In this document: piece after piece, positions 18,987 to 28,000 of the stretch
Numbering within the stretch: position 1 is the first letter of the stretch
Layout: every line of letters starts with the position of its first letter
From: a virus
Lineage: Duplodnaviria; Caudoviricetes
Reading direction: 5' to 3' (one strand)
IMG/VR virus record: IMGVR_UViG_3300021093_000004
Length of the DNA stretch: 64,000 nt
Position numbers and translations under genes: made by a program
Notes under the pieces: model-generated
What the model was told of the DNA's origin: nothing
Database searches by the model: none
Seen by the model: only the letters and a program-made list of their open reading frames with translations

Positions 18987-19010
18987 ATCTGTCCATCCTT
19001 GAGTAGGGTG

Positions 19011-19052
19011 AAAAACGCTGACGCCGGATCAACACGTCTTGACCCGGCGTCA
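19011..19052 (-). terminator. intrinsic terminator-like hairpin upstream of csrA
   Basis: 14-bp stem tgacgccgggtcaa/ttgatccggcgtca with a G-U pair on the minus strand, followed by gcgttttt. Confidence 0.6.
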
Positions 19053-19092
19053 GGCAATCTGGCATTCCGAATGTCGTGACCGGGAAGCACGA

Positions 19093-19923
19093 TTATTTCC
19101 TGCGTTGCTCGTAGCCGTCTTTCTGAAGCTTGGCACGAGCTTTTTCGAGATCGGCCACGGCGAACCACGGCTTCTCTTTCTTCGCACCCTTGACCGCCCG
19201 ATCGTGAAGAAATTCTTCGATGGGAAGCTGTTCGGAACTCTTGCCGAGCGTGCCGTTGTAGGTATTGAAGCAGAACTTCCGGGGGTGGGTACCGGTGAAT
19301 AAGATGGTATGGGCTTGGACATTGATTCGCTCGTGGTCGAATTTGATGTCCTTTCGGGTCCAAAGTTCGCAATGGTCGGATGCCGCAAGTGCGTCCAGAT
19401 CCACTGTGATCGGCTGACGGGCGACCTTCGGTGCCTTCTCAGCCTTGGGTTTCTCGTCGGCTGCGGGTTTTTCTTTCTTTTCCTTTTCAGCCTTCTTCTC
19501 AACAGCTTCTGCCATGGGTTTAACTCCTAACCAGTAAAGCTTGAACTGACCGTGTGACGGACACGTCAGATGTCCACTGACCGCAGTGACCATCTCGACA
19601 TAGTTACAATTTGGACAAACTGCACGGTACTTGCCTCCAGACTCAATTACCACTGCTTGTCCGCCGACGTTGACCGGAATGATTCGACGGAATTGGACCT
19701 TGACCTGCCGGGTCGTGCCCTTCTCTTTAAGGGTCACGTGACCCTTTCGATCGCTTCTTTCCGAATCAACTTCGTAGACCTCCTGCGAGATTCTACCATC
19801 AGAGCACAAAATACGTACTTCTGAATTCGGTTGAAAAGTAACTCGTCCACCGGTGTTAACAATCATTGGTTCGTGCTCCTTGGAGATGTGATATTCGACA
19901 ATCTCATGTGGCACGTGTTCCAA
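19093..19923 (-). CDS. hypothetical protein with Zn-ribbon (CPNC...CPSH) and Lys/Glu/Ala-rich linker
   Basis: 276-aa ORF. Confidence 0.65.
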   Translation of the reverse strand: MEHVPHEIVEYHISKEHEPMIVNTGGRVTFQPNSEVRILCSDGRISQEVYEVDSERSDRKGHVTLKEKGTTRQVKVQFRRIIPVNVGGQAVVIESGGKYRAVCPNCNYVEMVTAVSGHLTCPSHGQFKLYWLGVKPMAEAVEKKAEKEKKEKPAADEKPKAEKAPKVARQPITVDLDALAASDHCELWTRKDIKFDHERINVQAHTILFTGTHPRKFCFNTYNGTLGKSSEQLPIEEFLHDRAVKGAKKEKPWFAVADLEKARAKLQKDGYEQRRK

Positions 19924-19945
19924 TGTCCGTTAACCCAAGAGGACT

Positions 19946-19989
19946 AATTTGTCACGAATTACAATACATGCGATGAACTCGTGACAATT
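19946..19989. promoter_or_regulatory. intergenic inverted repeat (ttgtcacga...tcgtgacaa)
   Basis: 9-bp perfect arms at 19949-19957 and 19979-19987. Confidence 0.45.
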
Positions 19990-19990
19990 G

Positions 19991-20266
19991 TTATTCATCG
20001 GAAAGCCGCAGGCCCTCCCTTAAGGCGGGATCGAAACGGTGCTGAAGCACAACGTCGGTCTTCTCAATATTGGGCATCCCTTTCTGCAAGCGACTCAGTG
20101 CCGCTTCCAGTTGATCCTGAATTACGGCCAATTCAGTGCTGCTCAATACCCCATGGCTCAATAATTCGACGACCATGCATGTTCGAGCATACCCACCGGT
20201 TTGCTGTACTGATCGATAATTTGGGGGGAATCCAGGGTATGGTAATTTACTCATCAGCATCTCCAC
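19991..20266 (-). CDS. hypothetical protein
   Basis: 91-aa ORF in a co-directional run. Confidence 0.55.
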   Translation of the reverse strand: MEMLMSKLPYPGFPPNYRSVQQTGGYARTCMVVELLSHGVLSSTELAVIQDQLEAALSRLQKGMPNIEKTDVVLQHRFDPALREGLRLSDE

Positions 20267-20699
20267 TGTGTCCGGTCAATCTCCGAACATATTCCTTGAT
20301 GATATTACCACCACGTTTAGAGAATAGCTGCCCCAAAAGCTTGAGATAACGTTCTTCTGTGATAATCCCCAACGTGAACATGCCAATCAAGTCATGATTT
20401 TTCTTACGTTGTTTGCATGCTTTGCAGACCGGAACTACATTGGCTGGAATATTTGGAGCATGATCTTTAAGGGGGAACGGGTGATCTAACGTATCTGGGT
20501 CGTTGCATTGGCAATACGCACATTTGTTCTCTTGCTCGGCAAGGATCTCGACGATGTCCTGAATCTCAAGATCGCTGTAAATATCTTGTCGCTTAGCACG
20601 ATAACGTGCTTGGCGAATCCAACTGCTGATTGTCTTATTATCCATGAGGAACTCCAATTGCGGAGTAAAAACGACAACGGATTCAGATGATTGAGACAA
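20247..20699 (-). CDS. HNH endonuclease-like protein
   Basis: CAYC...TLDHPFPL...NVVPVCKAC; last Asn appears degenerate. Confidence 0.75.
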   Translation of the reverse strand: MSQSSESVVVFTPQLEFLMDNKTISSWIRQARYRAKRQDIYSDLEIQDIVEILAEQENKCAYCQCNDPDTLDHPFPLKDHAPNIPANVVPVCKACKQRKKNHDLIGMFTLGIITEERYLKLLGQLFSKRGGNIIKEYVRRLTGHSGDADE

Positions 20700-21685
20700 C
20701 TGAAATTTTCGCGGCGTCGTTTAATCATTGTTCCACCGTCTGTCCACACCAAAATGGTGCCCTAATCGCGTGGTACTCTGGAATTAGCGAGTGTCACGAC
20801 GATCAAAGCGTACATCTTATATTTATTGGTCAAAATGGCTCCTCCGATATTGTACGGATTGGTGATAAAACTGGAAATCCGGTCCTTTGGAGATCCGGAG
20901 ACGACATATTTATATTGTGGTCGCGATTTGAAGACGATGGAGAAATTGTAAGATTGGCCGATAGGTGGAAATATTGTAGTTTATGGGTACAAAAAATCGA
21001 GATTGAAGACAAACCAGTATTGGTGGGAAAGCCTGAATGCATTGTCGGTAGTAATCATAATTTATTAGGCAGATGCCCGGTATTACATCGTAATAATCAA
21101 ATCTTATTACCATTATATGATGAAGTTGAGGGTACATGTGTCATATTAGATGGGACACGATTTACCGAACTATCAAGATTTGGTTCTGGACTGATTCAGC
21201 CAACGTTATGGACGAAATATAATAAGTTACACGCATTAAGCCGTAATTTCAGAACCCGCAAAATAAGAGCGCAGCATATTCAATCGAGCGATGGCAAGAA
21301 TTGGTTTCCATCCACCGATACAGAAATATTCAATGTAAACAATTCTTTGTGCGTTGTAAATGTGAGAAACTCAGAGGCAATTGTCTGGAATGATACCACT
21401 TCACGGTATCGAGACAAGCTGACATTGGGACTATTGAAGAATTACGGCTGTTTAGAGGCTATACCGGTTAGCGTGCTTGGCCCTAAATATGGGTCATATC
21501 CATTTTGTGCAGTAAGTGATGACCGATTACATATAACGTTCACCAATGTTCGCAAAAGGATCGAATATCATGTCTGGAAATGGGAAGATGTCACAGAAGC
21601 CTGTCGAAGAAATCTCGTTAGAGCTTCCGCCGACAGACGCAATCACGCACATTCCAGATCAAAAGCAGACGCCGAAATTCTTTGA
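20687..21685 (+). CDS. BNR/sialidase-like beta-propeller protein
   Basis: ALIAWYSG..E...D, NPVLW, ILLPLY, IQPTLW, SSDGKNW (Asp-box-like), YPF. Confidence 0.7.
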   Translation: MIETTEIFAASFNHCSTVCPHQNGALIAWYSGISECHDDQSVHLIFIGQNGSSDIVRIGDKTGNPVLWRSGDDIFILWSRFEDDGEIVRLADRWKYCSLWVQKIEIEDKPVLVGKPECIVGSNHNLLGRCPVLHRNNQILLPLYDEVEGTCVILDGTRFTELSRFGSGLIQPTLWTKYNKLHALSRNFRTRKIRAQHIQSSDGKNWFPSTDTEIFNVNNSLCVVNVRNSEAIVWNDTTSRYRDKLTLGLLKNYGCLEAIPVSVLGPKYGSYPFCAVSDDRLHITFTNVRKRIEYHVWKWEDVTEACRRNLVRASADRRNHAHSRSKADAEIL

Positions 21686-21700
21686 AGACACGGTTGATTA

Positions 21701-22132
21701 TCATGTTTTCGAATCGTCTGACGAATATCCATCATCTGGACCCTCTTCTGGACCTTCTGCGGAAGACACACTCTCAGAAGATAAACCTTCCTGAAGTTGG
21801 TCTATAGCGTCTCCGAAATCTAACTGCTGACTATCAGCAACTTCTCCGTCCACGATGGTCGGATCTATTGCAATTGTGTGTAATTCTGGGCTGATCGCAG
21901 AAATGACTTGAAGCATGTCACATGCTTTTCGCGGACTATCGCAAATTTGAGTTAGCAAGTGTCGTCGGTCGCCGAATTCTCGCAATTTCACTTCCATAAA
22001 TTTGGCGAATTTCAATGATAATTCTGCATCGTAAAATATTGGCATTGTTGGAATACCATGATTCTCGTAACTAAAGAGTTTTTTAGTCACTGAGAATTCG
22101 CCGTAAGACAGCACGATTATTGGCAGTTTCAT
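21701..22132 (-). CDS. hypothetical protein with acidic C-terminus
   Basis: ORF; probable start ATG 22132. Confidence 0.55.
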   Translation of the reverse strand: MKLPIIVLSYGEFSVTKKLFSYENHGIPTMPIFYDAELSLKFAKFMEVKLREFGDRRHLLTQICDSPRKACDMLQVISAISPELHTIAIDPTIVDGEVADSQQLDFGDAIDQLQEGLSSESVSSAEGPEEGPDDGYSSDDSKT

Positions 22133-22154
22133 GATTCGTATCCAAAAATAGTGT

Positions 22155-23495
22155 ATGAAGCTCCACACTATACATACCGACTCGTGCTCCAGACTACCGG
22201 CAGAGTTACGTACTCTTTTGAGGGAAGCCGTATCTCCGGCATCATTCGATTCTATCGATTTATCGGCACGTACGACGGCCTATCCATATTCATTATACTT
22301 CATCGATGCTGTAATCAAATCGCAAGTTTTAGGTGAAGCTGGTTCCAACCGTCTAGGATCATTATTAGGAGCCGGATTATCGAAGTTGCAATCGATGACA
22401 ACTCCGAATATTTCCAATGATACTGCGCCAATGTTGGCGATAATGGCACCCCAATCAAGCGTTGACTCTGTTCGACAACTGGTGGCAAACGCCGCACGTG
22501 TACCTAATATCCTCGACGACCAGAACTGGTTGTCTGAATTTTTTGCTGCCTTTGGGATTGATGATCCACAAGATCAAGATAATATTATCAACCAATTAGA
22601 GGCTGACGCTGGTGTAACGCCGAATGAACCCCAACCAGCACGACCAACCGCTACACAACCAACCGCTACACAACCAGCGGCAGCACAACCAGCGGCAGCA
22701 CAACCAGCGGCTACACAACCAGCGGCAGCACAACCAGCCGGGCTGCAGCAATTAAGTGGTGCAATAGGAGCCGAGAAAACTGCGACACAAAATTCTATTA
22801 ATAATATTAAGGCAACATTGGATTTAATTGCCACAAATCGTGTCAATGCTCAACAAGAACTCGCGAAAATAAACGCCAAAATCAAAGCACTTATGGCACG
22901 GATGGCTACACAGACACCACCTTCTGTAGCTACCGCGACCGAATCAATATTGAATCATATCGCTGGGCAACTGTTCGATGAATCGGTGGTGCAGCGAAAT
23001 CTCTACGTCATAATTCCAGAATCATTGCGGCAATTCGGGCAAGCTCATGGCGTTACTGTTGTCATAACAGAAGCCAATTGGGGACAGTTGGGCCAAAAAA
23101 TCGGCGGTTTCTTCAAGAAGATCCCCGGCATGGTCGGCAATGCGATTCGCGGTGGAGCGAGTGCTCTCAGAGGTATGCGGCATCTCGCAGCGAATCCACA
23201 ATATTCGACTCGAAAATTGGGCCAATGGCAATCTCAAAGCGACAGTACACGCCTCGCGAAATATGCGGTTCAATTGGCAGTTGACCATATCCAACAGAAA
23301 TTCACAACAACGTTACAGCAAGCTGGTTTAGATCCAGCAGAGACGTTGGCATTATATCCACAATGGCAGAAATTGAAACAGCAAAACGACGCATCTCCAC
23401 AATTCGTTGAGATGAGTCAAAAATTGGATGCTGCATATAAACTATTTAATCGGGATCAATCGCCATTTTTAAATTGGACTACCCAAGAAGTCTGA
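22155..23495 (+). CDS. Gln/Pro/Ala-repeat protein, candidate virion-internal protein
   Basis: 446 aa; AAATA-N4-ATG upstream; QPAAA/QPTAT repeats; (I/L)xE sites. Confidence 0.7.
   Translation: MKLHTIHTDSCSRLPAELRTLLREAVSPASFDSIDLSARTTAYPYSLYFIDAVIKSQVLGEAGSNRLGSLLGAGLSKLQSMTTPNISNDTAPMLAIMAPQSSVDSVRQLVANAARVPNILDDQNWLSEFFAAFGIDDPQDQDNIINQLEADAGVTPNEPQPARPTATQPTATQPAAAQPAAAQPAATQPAAAQPAGLQQLSGAIGAEKTATQNSINNIKATLDLIATNRVNAQQELAKINAKIKALMARMATQTPPSVATATESILNHIAGQLFDESVVQRNLYVIIPESLRQFGQAHGVTVVITEANWGQLGQKIGGFFKKIPGMVGNAIRGGASALRGMRHLAANPQYSTRKLGQWQSQSDSTRLAKYAVQLAVDHIQQKFTTTLQQAGLDPAETLALYPQWQKLKQQNDASPQFVEMSQKLDAAYKLFNRDQSPFLNWTTQEV
22632..22740 (+). repeat. in-frame 15-bp tandem repeats (caaccagcggcagca variants), about 7 units
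   Basis: Encodes QPARPTATQPTATQPAAAQPAAAQPAATQPAAAQPA. Confidence 0.9.
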
Positions 23496-23706
23496 ATCTT
23501 CACAGCCACAGCAATCTGAATAGAGCCGTCTAAGGATTTTCATCACAGTAATGGGGCATTGATCGTTTTTACTGCTAGATCGACTGTAGCATCTACGAAT
23601 GTTACAAAGGCTATTGGATTCGATGAAAATAAGGAGCCAACGGTGTTATTTTATACGCAATCTGATTTGGCTGCAATGAGCCAACAGAGTGTCTTATAAG
23701 AGATTA

Positions 23707-24336
23707 TTAAAAATCGATTTTTATCCAATAGCAACCATGCTTTTGCAAATAAGCCATTGCATTATTACTAATTTTTGGTGATGCGATATATCCAATTGTT
23801 TTTATTTTATTCCCCTGAAATGATTCTAAATATCGCTGTAATTGAGAACAATGATTAAGAACAGCAGTCGTACGCTTTGCTTCTACAATATGGTACACAT
23901 TGTTTGTGTCGATTCCTAAGAAATCGATAGGCCCTAAATTACTTTGATATTCTGTATAAATGAGTTCCAATTCAACATCAAAATAATCATACCAATTGTC
24001 AAATAATTTTTGAACAAGATCTTTTTCTGTTTTTGTAATTGACACAGAATTATCTGACCAATTTAATAATGGTGTATATGATAATATGTTGTGAATGATA
24101 ATTGTTATAGTTTCAGACTTACGCCTTGATATCAGGCTGTTTCCATTGTATTCAAGCTTCGCACCTGGCCCCTGATAATTGCAGGGCGGATTTTTGGTTG
24201 AACTATGAATTAATAATGTTCCATCTGATTTATGAATGATCAGATATTGACCGCGTTCGAGCGAGGAATCGGCTCGCCCCGAATAATATACTTCACATTC
24301 TGCATATAATACCAACGCTGATTTTGGGTCGATCAT
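23707..24336 (-). CDS. nucS: NucS/EndoMS mismatch-specific endonuclease
   Basis: CEVYYSGRA.S.L..G..LII.K.DGTLLIH...P.NYQ; TEKDL; E....G.IDFLG.D...IVEAKR...QL.RY. Confidence 0.88.
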   Translation of the reverse strand: MIDPKSALVLYAECEVYYSGRADSSLERGQYLIIHKSDGTLLIHSSTKNPPCNYQGPGAKLEYNGNSLISRRKSETITIIIHNILSYTPLLNWSDNSVSITKTEKDLVQKLFDNWYDYFDVELELIYTEYQSNLGPIDFLGIDTNNVYHIVEAKRTTAVLNHCSQLQRYLESFQGNKIKTIGYIASPKISNNAMAYLQKHGCYWIKIDF

Positions 24337-24340
24337 GACC

Positions 24341-24769
24341 TTATTTATGTTCTTGATTCTGTGGGTTGACCGTAGCTTGGAATCTGCTTAAGATGTGTCC
24401 CACACCTTCAGAACCAGCACCCACAACAAACATCCACACGATTGTCTGGCCTTCGGTTTTATCAAAGTGACTAGCATTGAGCCATAAAATAAAGCACAGC
24501 GTCACCATGTAAATCCCTAACCGCAGCATATTCCACATTGGATGTACTGGCGTTGCCGTTTCTTTTTTGCGAGCGGTATTGAATAATTGTCCAATTCCTT
24601 CTGCACTTCCACCAGCCAGAAACATTAAAACAATAGTGCGTATCTCAGTCTCATCGAAGCTAGAGGCATTGAGCCACAATACAAAGCTCAATGCCATCAT
24701 ATAAATGCACAGCCTGATTAATGACCACAACGGGTGAAGTGGGTCTTTGGCATGCTCGATGAAACTCAT
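24341..24769 (-). CDS. membrane protein made of two tandem homologous 2-TM units (holin-like)
   Basis: HPLWSLIRLCIYM..L.F.LWLNAS.FD.TE..TIV.MF occurs twice. Confidence 0.7.
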   Translation of the reverse strand: MSFIEHAKDPLHPLWSLIRLCIYMMALSFVLWLNASSFDETEIRTIVLMFLAGGSAEGIGQLFNTARKKETATPVHPMWNMLRLGIYMVTLCFILWLNASHFDKTEGQTIVWMFVVGAGSEGVGHILSRFQATVNPQNQEHK

Positions 24770-24776
24770 GCAACAC

Positions 24777-25046
24777 TTATACCTCAGCCACGCTTTCGAC
24801 CGGGTTGGTTGTATACCAACCGTCAGCATTTACCGGTGGCAATCGTAAGAACTCTTGCTGGCCATGCTTTGATCCGGTGGCCCGACCAGAACCGAGAGAT
24901 AGTTGAGCGGCTTCCGAACCCGGAATCAGCGACAAAGCTTCATCCACTGTGACTCGTGTCTTGTCCGCTGGCTTGTTATGTGGAACTTGGACGAATCCGT
25001 TAATGACAGGCCAGGAACGATAAATTCTAATGTCAGTGAGTGCCAT
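24777..25046 (-). CDS. small hypothetical protein
   Basis: 89-aa ORF immediately downstream of the giant VWA gene. Confidence 0.55.
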   Translation of the reverse strand: MALTDIRIYRSWPVINGFVQVPHNKPADKTRVTVDEALSLIPGSEAAQLSLGSGRATGSKHGQQEFLRLPPVNADGWYTTNPVESVAEV

Positions 25047-25053
25047 GGTTTCC

Positions 25054-28000
25054 TCAGTTTAAAGTGGCGATTATACCGTCTGGCCAGACCATTCTCGTTG
25101 GGAGAATTTCTCGATGCGATGCAAAGTAACTCGTAATTCTTGATCGGCCACGAGTCGTATCGAGATGCTTCTCAATAAGAATGATGCTTAAACCAGTCAT
25201 CAACTCCTTCGAGTACGTCGTTTCGGTCAATCGCCCGGTTGTGAAATTTCTCAAGTACGGGGTGAATTTGGCCGGATCAAGTCCTTTGATCCTCGTAATA
25301 TCTTTGATAGTCATTTTTCGTGAGGTACCGTTCCTCGGCGATGTCTTTTGGTTTGGATCAAAAAGATCGCGTTGGATCAGGAATCCTACTGCAACATTGG
25401 CCGATTCGCGGACAGTCAATTCATCACAGCAGAGTTCGTCTGGTAGTGGGTCATCACCGGGGCATGGTCTGCTTAATAACGGTCCGGATTGACATGACAA
25501 ATCTTCGATTTCACATTCTGGCTCAATTGGATATGGATATGGTGGCGGTGGTACCGGCACTAACACAATCGGATCACACAGCAGACTTCTTTCGAAGCTC
25601 GGGATCATCATTGGTATATCACCGAATCGTTTGAACGTAACTGTAAATCTTGAAGTGACATCTGGATCAGGACCATTGGCGTTTTGGACGACTCTAATAT
25701 CTCCTGGGTTTATTTCCGGATGCTGCTCCAAAATTTGTTGCATCCCAGCGGCAGTGGTGTTCCAAGTGATCTTGCTGCTTGTTTGAATGATATCGTTGAT
25801 GTTTAGTTTAAGTCTAAAATACCCACCGTTGGCTCTTTTGATGGTGACTCTTTGCTTTTCAAACGATGATCCGCCATCTGTAACACCGGTAATTGCGATT
25901 GGTCCACCTCTCAATTGAGATGAGTCAACTTCCATTTGTCGAATGCCGGTAGCCGCTCGCGATCCTACGAACTCGACGGTCCATTCGTTTAATAACGGCT
26001 CTAATGGGTCGGCTGGCGATTTGGTAACGGTTACGTCGGAATTGGTTACGAAACCAGAGGCGACCAACCCGGCTTTCACTTGAGCATCGCTGGCGTTGTA
26101 TGGAAGAGGTGCGGTGATGAAAAATGTAGCACCAGAAAGATCATCTGGGCTATAGAATTTAATCGTGAATGTACCGCTTGCCGCCATTACTCGGATACGT
26201 TGCTTTTCATTGACTCCAGTTCCGCCCTGCCAATTGGTAGCCACAGAATAATTTGGTGTGGGCTGTACGGTCATTTCGGGAACATTGTTATTAGCTAATG
26301 TCCCAACGAAATCAACGGCTAAATCACCGGTGTATGGAGAGTCTCTATCGGATGTCCCGCCAGTTACTGACACATTGCCGTCACCAATTGTTGAAATACC
26401 CCAAAACGCTCCTTGCTTCTGGTTCAATGACCAATTATACGTAATTGGAATTGATGTAACACCATTGAATTCGACGATAAGGTCAAATAATGTTCCAGGG
26501 GTTACAGTGATTGTCTGTCGTTCATTCTTTGTGCCATTGGTGATTGTTTCTACGACCCCGGACGAAGTTCCAGTTAAAAAACTCCCATCGGCGGCCATAA
26601 GTGGAATATCGGTGCCACCAAGATCACCAACGAATTCAACAACGAATGGGTCAGATTGTGTTCCAGTACCGGTGACTGCGACATTACCATGTCCTACGTT
26701 GCTGAGCCTTCCGATTCGGATTTGTACAACATCTGCCCCGGCGTTCCACGGAATAGTAGCGGTTTTCGAATCGCCAGCAATAGTCACGGTTAGATCCCAT
26801 GTACCACCGCTTGGGACCGGGAGAACAATGGACTGAATTTCGTTGTCTTTGACGCCTTTAACTATTTCTTCAATTATAACTTCAGCATCGCATGGATCAA
26901 AGAATGTTGCCGAACTAACAATGTCGAATTTACTAAATATTAAATTACCATTTCCAGTGGCGATGAAATTGAGCGAATCTGTGCATTGGTCCAACCCAGT
27001 GCCAGCGGTATTATCTAATTCAAATTTAACCGATTCCCAACGAGCGGACATTCCACACAGACCGTTACCCAGGGTTGAAATTGTGTCCCATGGTGTTCCG
27101 GCAAAACTCACTTCTTGCGGGTATAGGCTATTGCGTGCTACAGTGACACGATATTCGCGATTCAAGCCCAAACTGTTTTGGTATGTGATAACAACATCAA
27201 ATTCGTCTGCTGGATCGGGTCCACACAAGAATGGTCCTGGGCACACTGAAGACGGCGGGATATCAGCGGGTGTAATCTGATTGGCCAGATAGAAAATTTC
27301 AACGCTTTCTACCACATTGCCTACTGACTCTGGCGGGAACGTAGTGATTAAAGCATCCTGCAACGTTCCTACACTGTTGGCTGGAATAGACCATAACCAA
27401 TTGTCACGTGTGGCGACTGATGCGAAATTACCAGAATTTATGGCTCTGATATTCGACGGCGTTAGATTGGTGTCGGTAATCGAAAGTTCCGCCGATCCGC
27501 CATTGCCTTGCTGTTTCCAAAAGTCACATGTAGAGCCGGTTCCACATGATGTTGGGGCTACCGCCCCTAAATGCCCATCGGCGGTTGGTATTAAGTTGAC
27601 GACCGTTCGAACTAACGGATCGCTTGGATCACGCAATGTGATTCTTGCGAACATGTTGAATATATTGACCGGGCGTCTTGGGATTCCTTTCCATTCGATT
27701 TTGGTAGTCAGTTTAGTGATGCTGCCATCGCATACAGGTGGGTCTGATTTACAGACCAAAATGTTATCAACCACTGTCCCGTCACCGCTTGCAGCCTGAG
27801 ATTTAATGGTGACATGGACCAGACCAGTATCTTGAACAACACAAGAATGTGTATACAATCCGGGGGCTAATGGAGAAGTGAATTGATCGGTTGCAGTGCC
27901 CGATGCTAACTCTATTATGACACCCTTATTATCCAAGACTTCAATAGTAATTTGAAAGGCAGAAGCTGGTTTTATAGCTGAATATGTCCGTGTCAATCCT

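Noticed and set aside
23496-23700. In-frame continuation of the 22155 gene past two TGA codons
   Set aside because: About 55 open codons with no recognisable homology; could be chance or an old remnant.
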